This document shows, one piece after another, positions 1-12,526 of a stretch of DNA of 64,000 bases; position 1 is the stretch's first letter, and each line of letters opens with the position of its first letter. This DNA is from Pseudovirgaria hyperparasitica (taxonomy: Eukaryota): NCBI GenBank assembly GCA_010093815.1, contig ML996595.1; one strand, given 5' to 3'. The position numbers and the translations under genes were made by a program. Below the pieces are notes generated by a model, which saw only the letters and a program-made list of their open reading frames with translations, had not been told where the DNA came from and did not search any database.

Positions 1-328
1 GACCATCATGGACTTTCTGTCCAAAGAGACATTTTCCAAGGACGACATCGAGGCGGTCTGGATCTTCATGAATGGCATCGATCCAAAAGTACCAGGTGGC
101 GACGAGAAGATCGTGAGCCATATGGTACAGAATGTAGCCTACCGAACAGAGGAAGGGAAGCTGAAGCTCGATGGGGATGTGTGGGAGTATGTTAGGAGCA
201 TGCCTGAGCTTGAGAGAAGGGTAAAAGATGTAGGGGACCGATTGAGGAATGATAGGGACGGCAGCAAAGGAAAGGGATTAGGACTGGGGCTGGGTTGTGG
301 CTCCCCAGAAACTTCTTTTGGCTTCTAG
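1..328 (+). CDS. 3' end of a hypothetical protein (helical C-terminal part of a BTB-like fungal family; likely paralog of 28966-30009), truncated by the window edge
   Basis: Open frame from the window start to TAG at 326-328. The motif EKIVSHMVQNVAYR resembles DKLLRHMVSNLAYVR in the 28966 ORF. Confidence 0.6.
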   Translation, partial: TIMDFLSKETFSKDDIEAVWIFMNGIDPKVPGGDEKIVSHMVQNVAYRTEEGKLKLDGDVWEYVRSMPELERRVKDVGDRLRNDRDGSKGKGLGLGLGCGSPETSFGF

Positions 329-786
329 GATACCAGTGCTTCTAAGACACCAGTGGATCAAATCAAAACAAGACACAATACCGATCCTTGGTAAAGCATG
401 TCAGATCTACAGTTTGAAGCGAACGTTCTAAGGTGCAGCTGCGACTGCGAAGCCCAAGGGATCACAAAATGTTCTGAAAAGGATTCATGGACTAGGAAAA
501 TAGGACGAAGGACTGCTGAAACTTGATCATGCTCGGAATTCCACTTTAGGGATCGCAAATAGATCTTTGTAGCTTTCGGATGTCAATGTCAACTGCCAAG
601 TGTACCCGGTTTGGTGTGGTGTTGTCCAAGGAACTCGAGCTAACCATAATTGACTAGCGCCGGGGCTCATCCCACGCGTTGGTGACGTCCCAACGTCATG
701 AAAGAATACACATCTTCCTTGGACTCATCTATCTCACACCTTGTGGAGCTACTACGCTCTCTTCCTTCTCACAATGCAGACACAAA

Positions 787-2806
787 ATGTCCACTACAGA
801 CCTGACGCCTGCCCAGGCGCACGCCCTCTTCGATATTCTTACGCACCATGAAACCTATGCTGAAATTGAGAACTTCAAGTCCCCAGACGCAATTCACCAA
901 TACGGCAAACCGTTCATCAAGGCTAGCAACGTGCCTGCAAAGTCACCGCTGTTACAGATCCTTTTTACACGTTTTGCGACCAATCTCCCAGGCCTAAGAA
1001 ATGTTGCACCCAAGTTTTGGCAAGAACAGTGCTCGACATTGCTAGAGAAGCTTGGTGGCGCAGAACTTTCTGAGAGTTATGAAAGAGGCACCCTAGGAGC
1101 AAGGAAGACTGTCGCGACAGCCATATCAGCGGTCTTAGAATATCCGGCCAGAGGTGTCATTGGAGGCTTTGCGCGTAAGAACCTACGAGACGCTGATCAT
1201 CAGTACGACATTTCAAAGGCTGAAGACGTCTTGGCCGGATGGGAAGACTTTACACAACGGCTTGTGTATGCTGACATGGTCGATGAGGTCTTTGCCAGAT
1301 GTGCTTTGACTGACAAGCTAGAGGATCACTCATCCATCGTTCAAGCTGCTCATGAGTTTATGTTGGTAAAGTACGTAGCATGTGCTTTCTCTCTTGCCTA
1401 ATGCTGATTTGCTTCCTAGCTTTGCCTCCTTCGTACATCATATCCTGATCTCCTCTCCCGATGGCCTGTATCTCCTTAAGATTATGGAGAACGCACATCG
1501 ACTCATCCCATATACACTCATTCGACAGACTTTGAAGGTTGGCAATGCTGCCTCCATGATCAATGCGATGGTCAGAGTGGTACTTGCGAAGCTTTCCGTC
1601 ACAAGTGTCACCAACTGGATAGGTCTGAGTAATAATCCCGATGATGGGATGAACCTTGTTCAGCAGATCATATCCCAAGTCCTCAAATGGGACATCAACG
1701 ACTTTCAGAAGCAAATGTTGAACATTGAAAAGACAAAGGATGGGCTCACAAAAGATCAAATCGATGCGCTTAGAGTATATTTGAGGATGGAAAGGCGAGA
1801 TCATGAAAGATTACAAGACAGAAGTCTCACCGAGGCTAAAAGTATTGCCATGGTCATCTTCGATGAGGCGAACTTACCACAAGTGCCTACCGAGCTCCAG
1901 CACTCCTTGGCATTAGAGTATCTACAGAAACTTCTGGAGGTCCGAGATCGAGAAGAGCTGATCGCTATATTATGCCGTCACAGCCCTGATATTCTTACAC
2001 AGCCGATCCGCGATGCAGTCGCGGCGTACGATCCTGTGATACGAGCACTTCACAACGCAGTCGATCTCAGCAGCGGCCTATGGGACCTGGAATGCTTCCT
2101 TAATGATCTAATAAAGCTCTCGAAATCCAAAACAAATGGCGAACATAGCGACCGACCACCTAGCGTACAAGACTACGTCGACCTATGCAAAAAGCATCAA
2201 TCAGCCCTCCACCGCTTCCTCTACCAAATTGCTAAGAATGGAACAGAGATTACTGAATGGTTTCGCGAATGGTCACACAATGCCGTCAAGCAGTTCAGGG
2301 AACCCGAACTCAAGCTTGCCACTGATGAAACGCCTCGGAGCAATCAAGACGCCAGTAGCGCAGGTGCAATCACTGGTATCCTGCAGCAGTTCACAGCTCA
2401 ACTTACTGAAGAGGAGCAGAATACCGTGAGAACCATTACCGACGCACACGCCGAATATCTCGGGAATCTTCATCGATTATCGCACGACCGCATGACAGCG
2501 CTCATAGACCGCTCGGACGAACCTCAGTCCGGCCCGGGCATGTATCTCGCAAAGTGGCAGTCCCTACTAGACAATACCCTTATAACGCCTGTGCAACCGA
2601 ACGGTCCTGTGCGTCGGGGGAAAGACAAGGACGTGAGGAACTCGTCAAAGCGTGGTCCAGAGGGAGCAGATAAGAAGGCAGAGAAGCAGAAAATCCGGGA
2701 GTCTATCAAGGTGCGAGACGACTTCCCCGAAGCGCCAAATGCAGAGGCAGTGACGAAGCTGCTAGGGCAGAAGTTCCGGGAATACTTGGCGCAGGGGATT
2801 AGCTAA
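787..2806 (+). CDS. PX-associated (PXB) / DUF3818 domain protein, 656 aa, 2 exons (787-1370, 1420-2806)
   Basis: N-terminal LTPAQAHALFDILTHHETYAEIENFK and LIPYTLIRQTLKVGNAASMINAMVRVVLAK are typical of this family. Intron 1371-1419 (GTACGT...CTAAT/CTGAT...TAG) joins the two ORFs in frame (LVN/FASF). Confidence 0.85.
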
Positions 2807-3340
2807 ATGAGTAGACGCAGTCGACATAATGAAGTGAAGCTTCGAATTCGAGAATGTCATACATTCCTCGTTTCTACATACAACTAATAACCAACTGCCG
2901 TTTTCCTCAAGTGTATATACAAGAAGCAAAGCGCCTCCAGGGACTCTAGTATGCTCCACAGGAGCGATAGTCTCAGAAGAGGGAAAGCCTATATGCGGGC
3001 CTACGTATCGTATCACCATTTGTGCTTCGGTCGAGACCACATATATTCATTCCCCTTGTCCCATAAAAATGGAAGAGAGTCGTGCAGGTGCTGTCTATCA
3101 TTTCGTTAAGATGCAAACCATCCATGTAGATGCCCGTGTTGCATTGGGAACGGATGTGTGACCCATCAATCGTGGGATCCAAGCGCACATACAAATATAA
3201 AGGGGGAACAGGGACCAATGTTCATCGCTCGGCATTACTTGATAGTCTTTTGGCTCGTCCGTCCGCTGTCATCTTGTTCGTATCATCCAAGGCACGCTGT
3301 ATTTTCATGTCAATTGCATTCCAAGCTTTTTATCAATACT

Positions 3341-6049
3341 TCAATCCACGCTGCTGTTCACACTGCTCGAATCTCGAGTTCCAAACCTCCTCTGGCTCGC
3401 AGCCATGCGACGTGAATTCAAACTGCCGGCTCTGTTTAGAGGCGATTCAACCTTTTGAGTGTTCGTCTCGTAGCGTCCTCCGCTAGGCTGCGTCAAACGG
3501 CGGCCGTGATCAGCCTTGTACACTGAGCGCTCCTCAGGTTCATACAGAGTAGCCGAGGGTACGTTAGACCTACGGTCATAGTACCTGCTGGCACCATTAT
3601 CGCGAAGGACGGAGGTCGCATTCGATAGGTAAGACTGCTGACTGGACGTTTCCGTGCCGAATCCGCGGCGGACAGGCGGGGTATGTGTTAACGGGCTGGA
3701 CTGGAAGTGGGGTTGGGGGAGAGGCTCCTGGCTTGTGTATTCTCGCGAGTGGCGGTGGCTACGTGGCGCGGTAGAAGGTTGTGGCCTAAGATGTGCGTAT
3801 TCGGTCATTGCACGGCTCGGGACGCGAATGGTCTTGTCTTCCTCATCATCATCATAAGGGCCAATAGAATTGTGACGAGAGGAGAGGATGGAGCCTCCAC
3901 GACCGAAGCGCGAGAGGGATGGGGTTCCTGGTTCTTCGCTAACCTGACGAGAAGAACGATCTAGTGGGCCGAATGTTCGACGAGCTTCGACACGTGAAAG
4001 AGCGCGGCTTGGGCTGCGAGCAACGGCCTCAGGTTCGACTGAACCGCTACGAGCGTGGACAAAGGTAGGTGTGTGGGTGGGCTCGGCGATGAATTGCATG
4101 CTACTACGTCGAGATTCTCCGTTGAGCTGCCTGAAAGGGCTTGCCGGGGCAACTGTTCCTTCACAAAGGTTTACGCAGAGCTCTGTGAGGGCTTGACAAA
4201 CGTTGTATGCCTTGCGCCGAGTTTGTCGATCAGATGAGCCAGGTCCATTCAGCATGTGCGCGAGTGGAAAAGCTGCACCTTGAGGACCAGAGCTTCCGGT
4301 AATTGCTGCTAGCTCTAGTGCTTCGGTAGCAGTTGTTTCAAGGGAGCGATACACAACCGGGGATAGGTAGTCCCTACACCGAGCCAAAGCGTCATTCAAC
4401 GTGGAGGCGAGGTCATTGGCCTGTTCTGAAGGAGAGTTTGCCTTCCGTCGATGCTTGGGCGAGGAAGATATGGTTGTGACTGTCGTTGTCGCTGTTCTCG
4501 GTCTATCATTAGACACACTCGACATCGCAGGTCCAGGAGCTGATTGTGGGTGTCTGTTGGCCTCTAACTCTTTGATTCTAAGCTTCATCTCATCAAGTTC
4601 ATCCCAGACAGTGGATGGGGCGGGGCCAGAATCGACAGATTCAGTGCCTTCTGCCTGGCTGAATGTGCGGGAATTCGCTCTGTGAACCACTGCCTCATCC
4701 TGTACGGCATTGTCGTGGTGCGAAGATGTATATTGCAGATTCGACCGTCTGTAAGTCTGAAGTCGGTTCGGTGGGGTAAAACTCGATTCGGTGTTGGATA
4801 GACGTCTCTTACTGTAATGCGGCAAACCTTGTACCTCTTGTTCGCGGGGTCGTGCAGAGAACGGACTAGGGGAAGGTTGAGGTATACCGCGGACCCTGTG
4901 CTCAGTTGAGCTGACTGACATTGGTGATTGATCTCTCACTGGTAAGCGAGTGTTAATACTTGGTGGAGCTATCTGAGAGGCGCGACGTTGATGAGTCTGT
5001 GAAGGTGCTCGCACTGTAACATTACCTTTCGAGCTAGGCCGTACTGTGGAGCTGGAGTAAGTGTTCGTGGGCAGGGATTGCCTTTGAGACGCTCGGGCTA
5101 TGCGTGACTACAACCAGTAAGCAATTGTCCAGCGAGTTGGAATTAGTGTTCGATCATCGAGTGCACTACTCACTCTGCGTCTGGTCACTTTTTCGTCCTC
5201 TGCCGCCTGCGGAGTGTCTTCCGCGATGTTCAAGAAGAGATCCTCGCCAGTCGAGCTCCGGTTGGTGTCATTCCCAGTCTCAGTCTCACATCTTCGGCTT
5301 TCGTGAGTGTCACGCGAAACCTCTTGTTCCGAGCCGTCCAAGGGGCTACTGACAGGGTCGTCTTTTTCCATCTTCTGCTTCCTGTTTTGATCCTCCACAG
5401 AAGAATCTCGTCTATCAAGCGAGCTGCTTCGACTGCTGACTGCAGAGGCTCTTCCTTCTACTTTGTTCTTCCTCACAGTTCCACCCGGACTTATGAGTCC
5501 TAGCTGCAGGAGCTGCGCCTGGGCGAGCCCAAAGTCTGAGCGGCCTTGACCTTTGCCTTCGATATGTCGCGCGATATCAGCAGAGTAGGATCCCCTAGAT
5601 ATCAGGGCAATGGGCGGGCCACGCGAGGTCTCTAAACCATGGCTGCTGTGGGAAGCTGGCGGTCTTCGAAAAGCTGGCGAACGAGCTTCACTAGCGGAAG
5701 AGGATGGTTGCGGAGAGAAGTATTCGTTGGCAGATAGTGTACACGAGGTCGGAGAAGCAGTTTGAAAAGGAGAGGAGATGCTGAGGCCACGCGCTCTTGT
5801 GAAGCTGGCGGTCGCACGCGGTGAGGTCACTGTTTGTTGTTGTTGCGAATCGCGCGAGTTGGAACAGCGGTCAGAAGCGCTGGAGTCGGAGGGCAAACGT
5901 GAAAGGTCTGGCTTTGTGCAAGTCTGCTGCTGGCGAGCAAGACGTGTAGCATCGATGGATGGGCGCGTGCGATGAGAGCGTGAAGTGGGAGGGTTTGTTG
6001 AAGAACGGGCGCGTCTGTTCAGCTGTGATTCTTCGCTGCCGGTGTCCAT
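3341..6049 (-). CDS. Conserved filamentous-fungal hypothetical protein, S/P/R-rich and largely disordered, ~880 aa, 2 exons (6049-5174, 5107-3341); start codon uncertain
   Basis: Intron 5173-5108 (GTGAGT...CTTAC...TAG) joins ORFs 5108-6118 and 3341-5014 in frame. Ordered-looking blocks: EDLFLNIAED, STVWDELDEMKLRIKELE, DRQTRRKAYNVCQALTELC. Confidence 0.7.
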
Positions 6050-9000
6050 CGTCTTCGATTCGGACACAAAGTGCAGGGATGCGGGCCCTTGCGGGGGGGT
6101 GCAGGTGTCCAAGGGCAAGTGCTGTCAGCGCTGTTTTGACTTCCGGCCGCAAGTTCACTTCGCGTCGCTGGCATCTTGTGGCCTCAATGCGCCATCTTCA
6201 ACGAAACCATTGTCAACACAAAAATTGAGGACAATCATGGGGTGAAATTCAGATGTGAGAAAAGCGCCAACACGCTACTTCAAGTCAAGACCCGGGGCCT
6301 GCGCCCGACTGAGCAGCTAAAAGTTATGAACCCCCCCCGGACAGCGACCAGCCACTATCACACGGCCGGATTGGCCCGCTATCCCTCTCTGTCTGCCCGG
6401 AATCCAGGCATATTGTTGCTGATGAATGGGATGGGCCCGAACACACTGAGAGCAGAGTTTCCGACGCCCACCAAGCCCTGTCGGCGCAAAGCCAAAATCC
6501 CAGAACAGCATAGGGTAGACAGGGCAATATGCTCTCGTCTCAGTCCTCTTACGGCAGCGGGAGCCAACATCGACTCAAAAGATTGGCGCGATAGCGCAAT
6601 CAGAACGTGGGCGTCCGAAACTCTGCAGAATAATCGATGCCCCTTTGACACGCATGCGAGACACTGGACACTGGCTCGACATCCACATGTTGTGATAACC
6701 CTTCTCCGGACTTCTTCAGTTTTTGGAACGACTTTGGGACCGGGCAAACGCTTTTACGTGATAGACCAGGCAAGCTTGCAGCGCTACATCTCAATGGATC
6801 CCGACCCCTGAGAGCATGTTTCGTTGCTCCTGAGTCAAGCGACATGCGGTTCTGCAATATTATCGCTCGATTCATGGAATTATATGCTTCATCTTGTGAT
6901 GGGATCATATAGTATGATTTAAGAAGAGCTTGTTCCCTTTTTGCGACTGATATACCATGGTTTGATTGTTACCCCACTTTACGACCAGTGTGACAGTCCT
7001 TCACTGTGCCGCACGAAGCACATGGAAGTCGCCCAGGTTTGCCCTTGTCAGCGACCTTTATGGATGTGGTACCTCAGGCTATGCCTGTGCTCGCGCTGTT
7101 CTCACTCAAAGTTCGGTACGATGTCATGAACAACAGGCCGGGGCGGCACTTGCAAAGGCTCGTGGAAGATGCATTCCAGGCTCATATGGTGGGCTTGAGG
7201 TGCAGAAGTTAGCCTGATAGAGCATAGCCGACATTATTGCACGAATTGATGACTTGGAAGTCCATTGTTCAAGACTCGACGTGAAGATAGCGTCCTATAT
7301 CTGGAGCACATATACCTTTGGCTCCACAAGATATTCTCCGAGCTATCAGTAGTCTCAACGTTGCCGTCAATAATGTGTTTCAAGTTGACCTCGGCCTCCT
7401 CTCAACGTCTTATCGAGGCCTTCGTCATAAGAAAGTGTATTACAACGCTTTTGACCACCCTACGATGTAGGAGTGCTGTTGAGACCAAGCTCAATGTTGG
7501 GCCTTACTATATGGATGTTGTCATTCTTTGAGCTTCTAGCAACCTAATAACTAGTGTCGAGTCTATCCATTACAGATTGGGGTCTTAATAACTGAACGGT
7601 TATGGCGTCGATATGATGATAGAAGAGTAATCTGCGACAAAATGTCTCTGCAAGCTAATAGCGTTACTCTCGAGAGCTATTCAATGTCCATACGAGATGA
7701 TGAATGCATTGTGGTCAATCCTCGCATACACGACCTGTCTTTTCTCCTTATCGATGTCTACATTGGTTGATATTTCTAATGAAGGATCTGCGGGAAAGCT
7801 AATCTCACATCTAGACGCGAGAAAAAGGGAGCGGACAACTCAGATTTATCAGTGGCATTGTCTTGAAGATCATACTGACTCTAAACACCGTCGTGATTTG
7901 TGAGAGATTCATCCATGTCTTTGAAGTCAAATCAGTGCTTATGGGAATGTAGATCCGATGAAAATGGGTACAAACATCATCACCACCGACGATAATTGCA
8001 TTTATAGGCCACTAATTTTACCAAGTCGCAAACACCGCGGAGCTACCTTACCACTGTGGTTTTCAGGCTCAATACAGTCTAAGTTCTAGACTTTAGCCCT
8101 AGTGGTTACGACACCACAATGATTGCTTCGAGGAGACATTGGTTAGGATATAAGTCCGGTAGACTCTGAATGGTGATGTCTGGGTCAGTCTGCATTCCCA
8201 TATATCGAGAAACATAGTCCTTGTCCGACGGGCCGACTAATTGGTCTACTGAGCGTTGGCTTGAGTCGTTCCATCCCAAACTGCCGTACATTTATTCGGG
8301 ACGGACATGCCACAAGGTTTAGACTCCAGAGCGCAAGAATCGTCCTACAGTACCAACAAGCTAAAGTGTGCAGCGTCTCTAGGAGCCCCTGACCCCACCC
8401 GTCTAGTCCGTCCATTGTTGTTCCATCCCCCGCCACACTCTCCACGCGATCAAGGAGGCTCAAGTACCACTCCGCAATACGCGAAGCGCGGCGTAGCCTT
8501 GAGTTAATTACGTGATCTGATTGGAGCATAGCGCCAAGACATGGTAGCCAATGAGACCAGTCTCTTATGTCGTGCATCAGCACATGGAATACGGCACGCC
8601 TTCTCCACGAATTCAATCTGCTCAAATTATTCTTCTTAAATTCCGGCAGCGCTCATTGTCAATTTCTATGCAACAATGGAGACGTAACGCTCTGTAATGG
8701 ATGAGATACACGATTAGCGTGTAGCAGTTGAGTGAGATCGTATCAGCCAAGTCAGTTGTAAGAATTGCCGTGAGAGAGAAGATAAGATGCATAGATGCAG
8801 ATCCTATAAACGAAAGTGTTGACGAGATCCAAGCGACATCATCCTGGTAAGCACCCTGTCACAGTACTCCACACCGGGCGTCTCGACACGGGAGACGCTG
8901 ACTTTCTCGTGCATGTAAGCGCCCGGCACTGGGCGGCGGCCTCGAGGCAGGTATTGTGAGATTGGGAAGAGCCTCAGGTGTCGGCGTACTTTGCCAGGCG

Positions 9001-9822
9001 CACGACGACCATTTGTGCTCGCTGTTGCTGCGGAGACAATAGGGGAAATGAAAGGACAGAAGGATGATATGGTGATGCTGTACGAAGGAACATCAGGACG
9101 AATCCTTTTCTCCACCAGTTGATATATGGAGTATGGATAGGCGCTACGGTGGACGGCACCGGGATGTACTGCCATATCTATGCAAGCACATATCGCACAA
9201 CGTTGTGCTTGATCATGCTGAGTGAGTCTCACAGCATATCTCTGCGCTCATGTCCGTCACACTTCTCCTCTTGCATGTTCTTCGGCACGTCACCCGTCAC
9301 CCGTCACCGAGAAGGCTACGCAGAAACGGGCCAATGTCACACGCTCGGCTGCTCAAGGCTGTATTAAGAAGCGTTTCGACGATGCAGGGAATCGACAGGC
9401 CCCGGGTCCGCTTTCGGCTTAGACAGTTTTAAGAGATCCACCGGAGTAGGGGGCTAGAGATTTCTTTTTGGAAATACGGCCGACGTAACGTACCGGCGGT
9501 GTCTTTGTGTGAGTCAGCTTGTAATTAAATACGGGCTGTACGTAAGCGGATCTAGTACAGATATCGCACCGGGCGCGAAATTTAATATGTGCTTGTTTAC
9601 ATCGCACATGCTGAGTTGCGATGGCCCCAAGCAGTGAGCACTCGTCAAATATTATCTAGTATAGCACCAAACCTCTTGACTCCAGCAGTCTCTTATTGTA
9701 GTTTCGCTCTTGATCAGCCCACGACGCCGTTCCTCGCCATGTCATAATACATATTTGTCTCTCATTCATAGCCGTATCGAGCAATGTCTGCCGCAAGAGA
9801 TATTATGCGGGACATGTCTGTT

Positions 9823-10338
9823 TCAAGCAGCTCGACTAGCAGTATCACGCTCCGGTCTTTCAATTCCCCACTGAGAAATCCACCTCTCCCTCTTGAACAT
9901 TATCGCACAATCCTCTGCATTCGGCTGCCCAGCCCGTCTCTCTGCGCCGCCTCTATCCAACACACTCACGACCTCATCCCACCCTTTGAACATTGCCCCG
10001 GCAAGAGGACTCTGCCCCTTTGAATTCACAACATTAGGATCTGCGCCCTTGTCCAGCAGCATCTGCGTGGTCTCCGCATGGCCCGAGTACGACGCGAGCA
10101 TAAGCAACGTGTTGCCCTCGTGGTTTGTGAGATTTGAAGGAATACCTGCAGTAAGGTACGATGCTAGTGTTACCGTGTCGCCCGCGCGTGCGAGATTGAA
10201 CAGTCTAGAGGCGAGTTCAAGGGCGGCAGGTGGGAGCTCGGCAGCCGAATGAGAGGCCGTTTGGGGACTGCACTGCATAGGGTCAGTAGCGTGAGTGGCC
10301 TTTGGAGAAGCATAATCGTTGTTGATTGGGATGCCCAT
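9823..10338 (-). CDS. Small ankyrin-repeat protein
   Basis: Ankyrin consensus NHEGNTLLMLASYSGHAETTQMLLDKGADPNVVNSKGQSPL. Intronless; ATG at 10338 in ACAATGG context. Confidence 0.85.
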   Translation of the reverse strand: MGIPINNDYASPKATHATDPMQCSPQTASHSAAELPPAALELASRLFNLARAGDTVTLASYLTAGIPSNLTNHEGNTLLMLASYSGHAETTQMLLDKGADPNVVNSKGQSPLAGAMFKGWDEVVSVLDRGGAERRAGQPNAEDCAIMFKRERWISQWGIERPERDTASRAA

Positions 10339-10791
10339 TGTGGTAGAAGTGAAATGTTGGGAGTGAGGTAATGACTTGGAAGAACAAAGCGCAAGTAGTA
10401 AGATGGATCCAAGGACACACGGGCGCACAATTATTCTTTTGTATGATTTAGGATCCAGAGAAGTAATAGAGACAACAGTGATCCTCAGTTTGGTGGCACT
10501 ATTGGTTTTGCTTCAAGGACCCCAAACATCCATGATCAGAAGAGACAGCTGCATGACGTTACTTTCAGGTGTGGACCCGGAGCTAGTAAAGCGCACGTGA
10601 TAGTATACCTAATATGTCGAAGAGTGCGTGAGAACACTGAGGTGAATCGGCATTACGACGTGTCTATGAAAGAATGCAGAGTCCGTGGCAGCGATATCGA
10701 AACCTTGATGATGGTGAAACGCCGTAAAATGCAACGCCTAAGAACACTAGATAAAGCCAGCCAGTAATGGGCGACATTTTGTTAAGTAAGC

Positions 10792-12234
10792 TCAGTTGGA
10801 GTCGTCTTCGACTCTGGCACGCTTCAACCCACGTGAATCGTCCTGGTCTTGCATTCCGTAACGCTTTTTACTGCCTTTGGTCACCTCGTCGATCATCTCG
10901 CCAATGCCAAACACATCGTCTGTATCTTTCTCGAATTGCACAGGTCCCTCGCGCTCCTCTTGTAGGTCGGCCCCTTTGAAACCTTCTTTAGCCTTTCCAA
11001 GAACTTCGAACTTGCTGTTCTTCGTGATCTTGTCCATAGTCTCTCCAGCGTCCTCGTCGTCCTCTTGCTGCACATTCGGCCGATAGATGCTGTTGATGGC
11101 GTCTTGAGCAGCGAAGAGTGGCTTGTCGTAAGCTTGATCTTCATTGAAGCCAGTATCAAAACCACTGGTTTGATTGAATAAGCGTGAATCGTACATGGAC
11201 TCTCCAGTCTGTGTGGGCTTCGCCAAACCAAGGGCAACCTTCTCTGAAATATCACGACCTTGCTCTCTGGCCATCATCTGAATTTTGCGCTCGGTTCCCA
11301 TGCGCGACTGGCGTAGCTTGCGCTCATTATCTCGTCTTTGCTCACGCCGCCTATCTTCTCGCTCACGCGCGGCGTCTTCGCCTTCACTGTCGGACTGAGA
11401 AGAATAGCTGTCAACAGACCGACTTCGTGATCGATGTGACGATCTTCTTCCACCTCGTGCCTTCTCCTCACGAGCCTTCTGTGCCAGTGCTCGTAGATGA
11501 TCCTCCTTTTGCTGCTTCTCTTTCTCCGCGAGCTTCTGCTGCATGAGTGCGCGCTGCTGTACCTCATCTCTGGCGTGTCTGTCCGCTGTAAAAAGGGCTT
11601 CCGCGAACTGCGCAAACTTATCATTGATTGTTACGTCCTGGAGGCCTCGACCATCTGCCGCTAGTCGCTTATCTAATGGCACGGTATAGCCCTTCGGGTT
11701 CTTCCAGTTCGATATTGGCGGAGGAATCTTCCAGGCCTCTTGATCTTCAGCGGTGAGTTTTCTTGGTGGTGAATGCATGATAGGCGGTGGTGGTGATGGC
11801 GGTCCACGAGGGACCTTTTTATGTTTGAACTTGGGGGGCTCCATCGGATCCTGTTGCCTCTCTACAATCTTGATGATCCGGTCTTGCTTCTTTGAAGTAT
11901 CACCCATCTGGTCTGCGGGTGTATACCGCACGTATAGTGGATCTTTCTGCGATCGACCGGTGACATTTTTCGGCTTTTGTGCCGCGACAGCGCCAGAAAC
12001 GAGCTGCTGGAGAGCTTTCTGTGTCTTTAGTCTCGTCTCTTCAACCTCTTCTTCTGATGGTCTCTCTAGCGATAAGTCTCCGACATCTGCTCTTTGCCGT
12101 AGAGGGATAAGGTCAGCGAACGAGGCGTGTACTATACGGTTGCTACTGTGGCCACGACGGGCGACGATGGTGCTGTAATCTTCCTTGCGCTCGTTGCCGG
12201 AAAGCTTGAGGACGCGATTATCTTGTGAAGCCAT
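10792..12234 (-). CDS. PRP45: Pre-mRNA splicing factor Prp45/SKIP (SNW domain), 480 aa
   Basis: DPMEPPKFKHKKVPRGPPSPPPPIMHSPPRK, ISNWKNPKGYTVPLDKRLAADGRGL, RDISEKVALG, YDSRLFNQ, GPVQFEK. ATG at 12234 in ACAATGG context. Confidence 0.95.
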   Translation of the reverse strand: MASQDNRVLKLSGNERKEDYSTIVARRGHSSNRIVHASFADLIPLRQRADVGDLSLERPSEEEVEETRLKTQKALQQLVSGAVAAQKPKNVTGRSQKDPLYVRYTPADQMGDTSKKQDRIIKIVERQQDPMEPPKFKHKKVPRGPPSPPPPIMHSPPRKLTAEDQEAWKIPPPISNWKNPKGYTVPLDKRLAADGRGLQDVTINDKFAQFAEALFTADRHARDEVQQRALMQQKLAEKEKQQKEDHLRALAQKAREEKARGGRRSSHRSRSRSVDSYSSQSDSEGEDAAREREDRRREQRRDNERKLRQSRMGTERKIQMMAREQGRDISEKVALGLAKPTQTGESMYDSRLFNQTSGFDTGFNEDQAYDKPLFAAQDAINSIYRPNVQQEDDEDAGETMDKITKNSKFEVLGKAKEGFKGADLQEEREGPVQFEKDTDDVFGIGEMIDEVTKGSKKRYGMQDQDDSRGLKRARVEDDSN

Positions 12235-12526
12235 TGTAGATGGGGTCCGCGCGCCGTGGAAGGGATGTAGTTGGAGCGAGTCGTCTACGCTTGAAAACCT
12301 CAGAATGTTCTCAGAACGGTGCACAAGCCGATGCGATTGTTGGAGTAATCATCCGTGATATAGAAGTCGAAAGCTAGGCCGGTAGAACTTCGGTGACAAG
12401 CGCAACTTCGACCGTCACGTCCGCAATCGAAACACTTTTGGTAAATCGCGAGCATCAAGGATACCTACATCGTAATAAATACTAATATCCGTTGGCAACG
12501 TATCTCTTGCGTCTGCATATACCACA
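12235..12526. promoter_or_regulatory. Compact bidirectional promoter between PRP45 and TAF11
   Basis: Only 292 bp separate two divergent start codons, both in ACAATG context. Confidence 0.6.

Noticed and set aside
6176..9432. Several 60-211 aa ORFs between the hypothetical gene and the ankyrin gene
   Set aside because: No recognisable domains or consistent splice structure, and many use non-ATG starts. A decayed gene cannot be excluded but is unsupported.
12235..12324. Longer PRP45 ORF from the GTG at 12324
   Set aside because: Non-ATG start in a eukaryote, no recognisable SKIP sequence, and ATG 12234 has a strong context.
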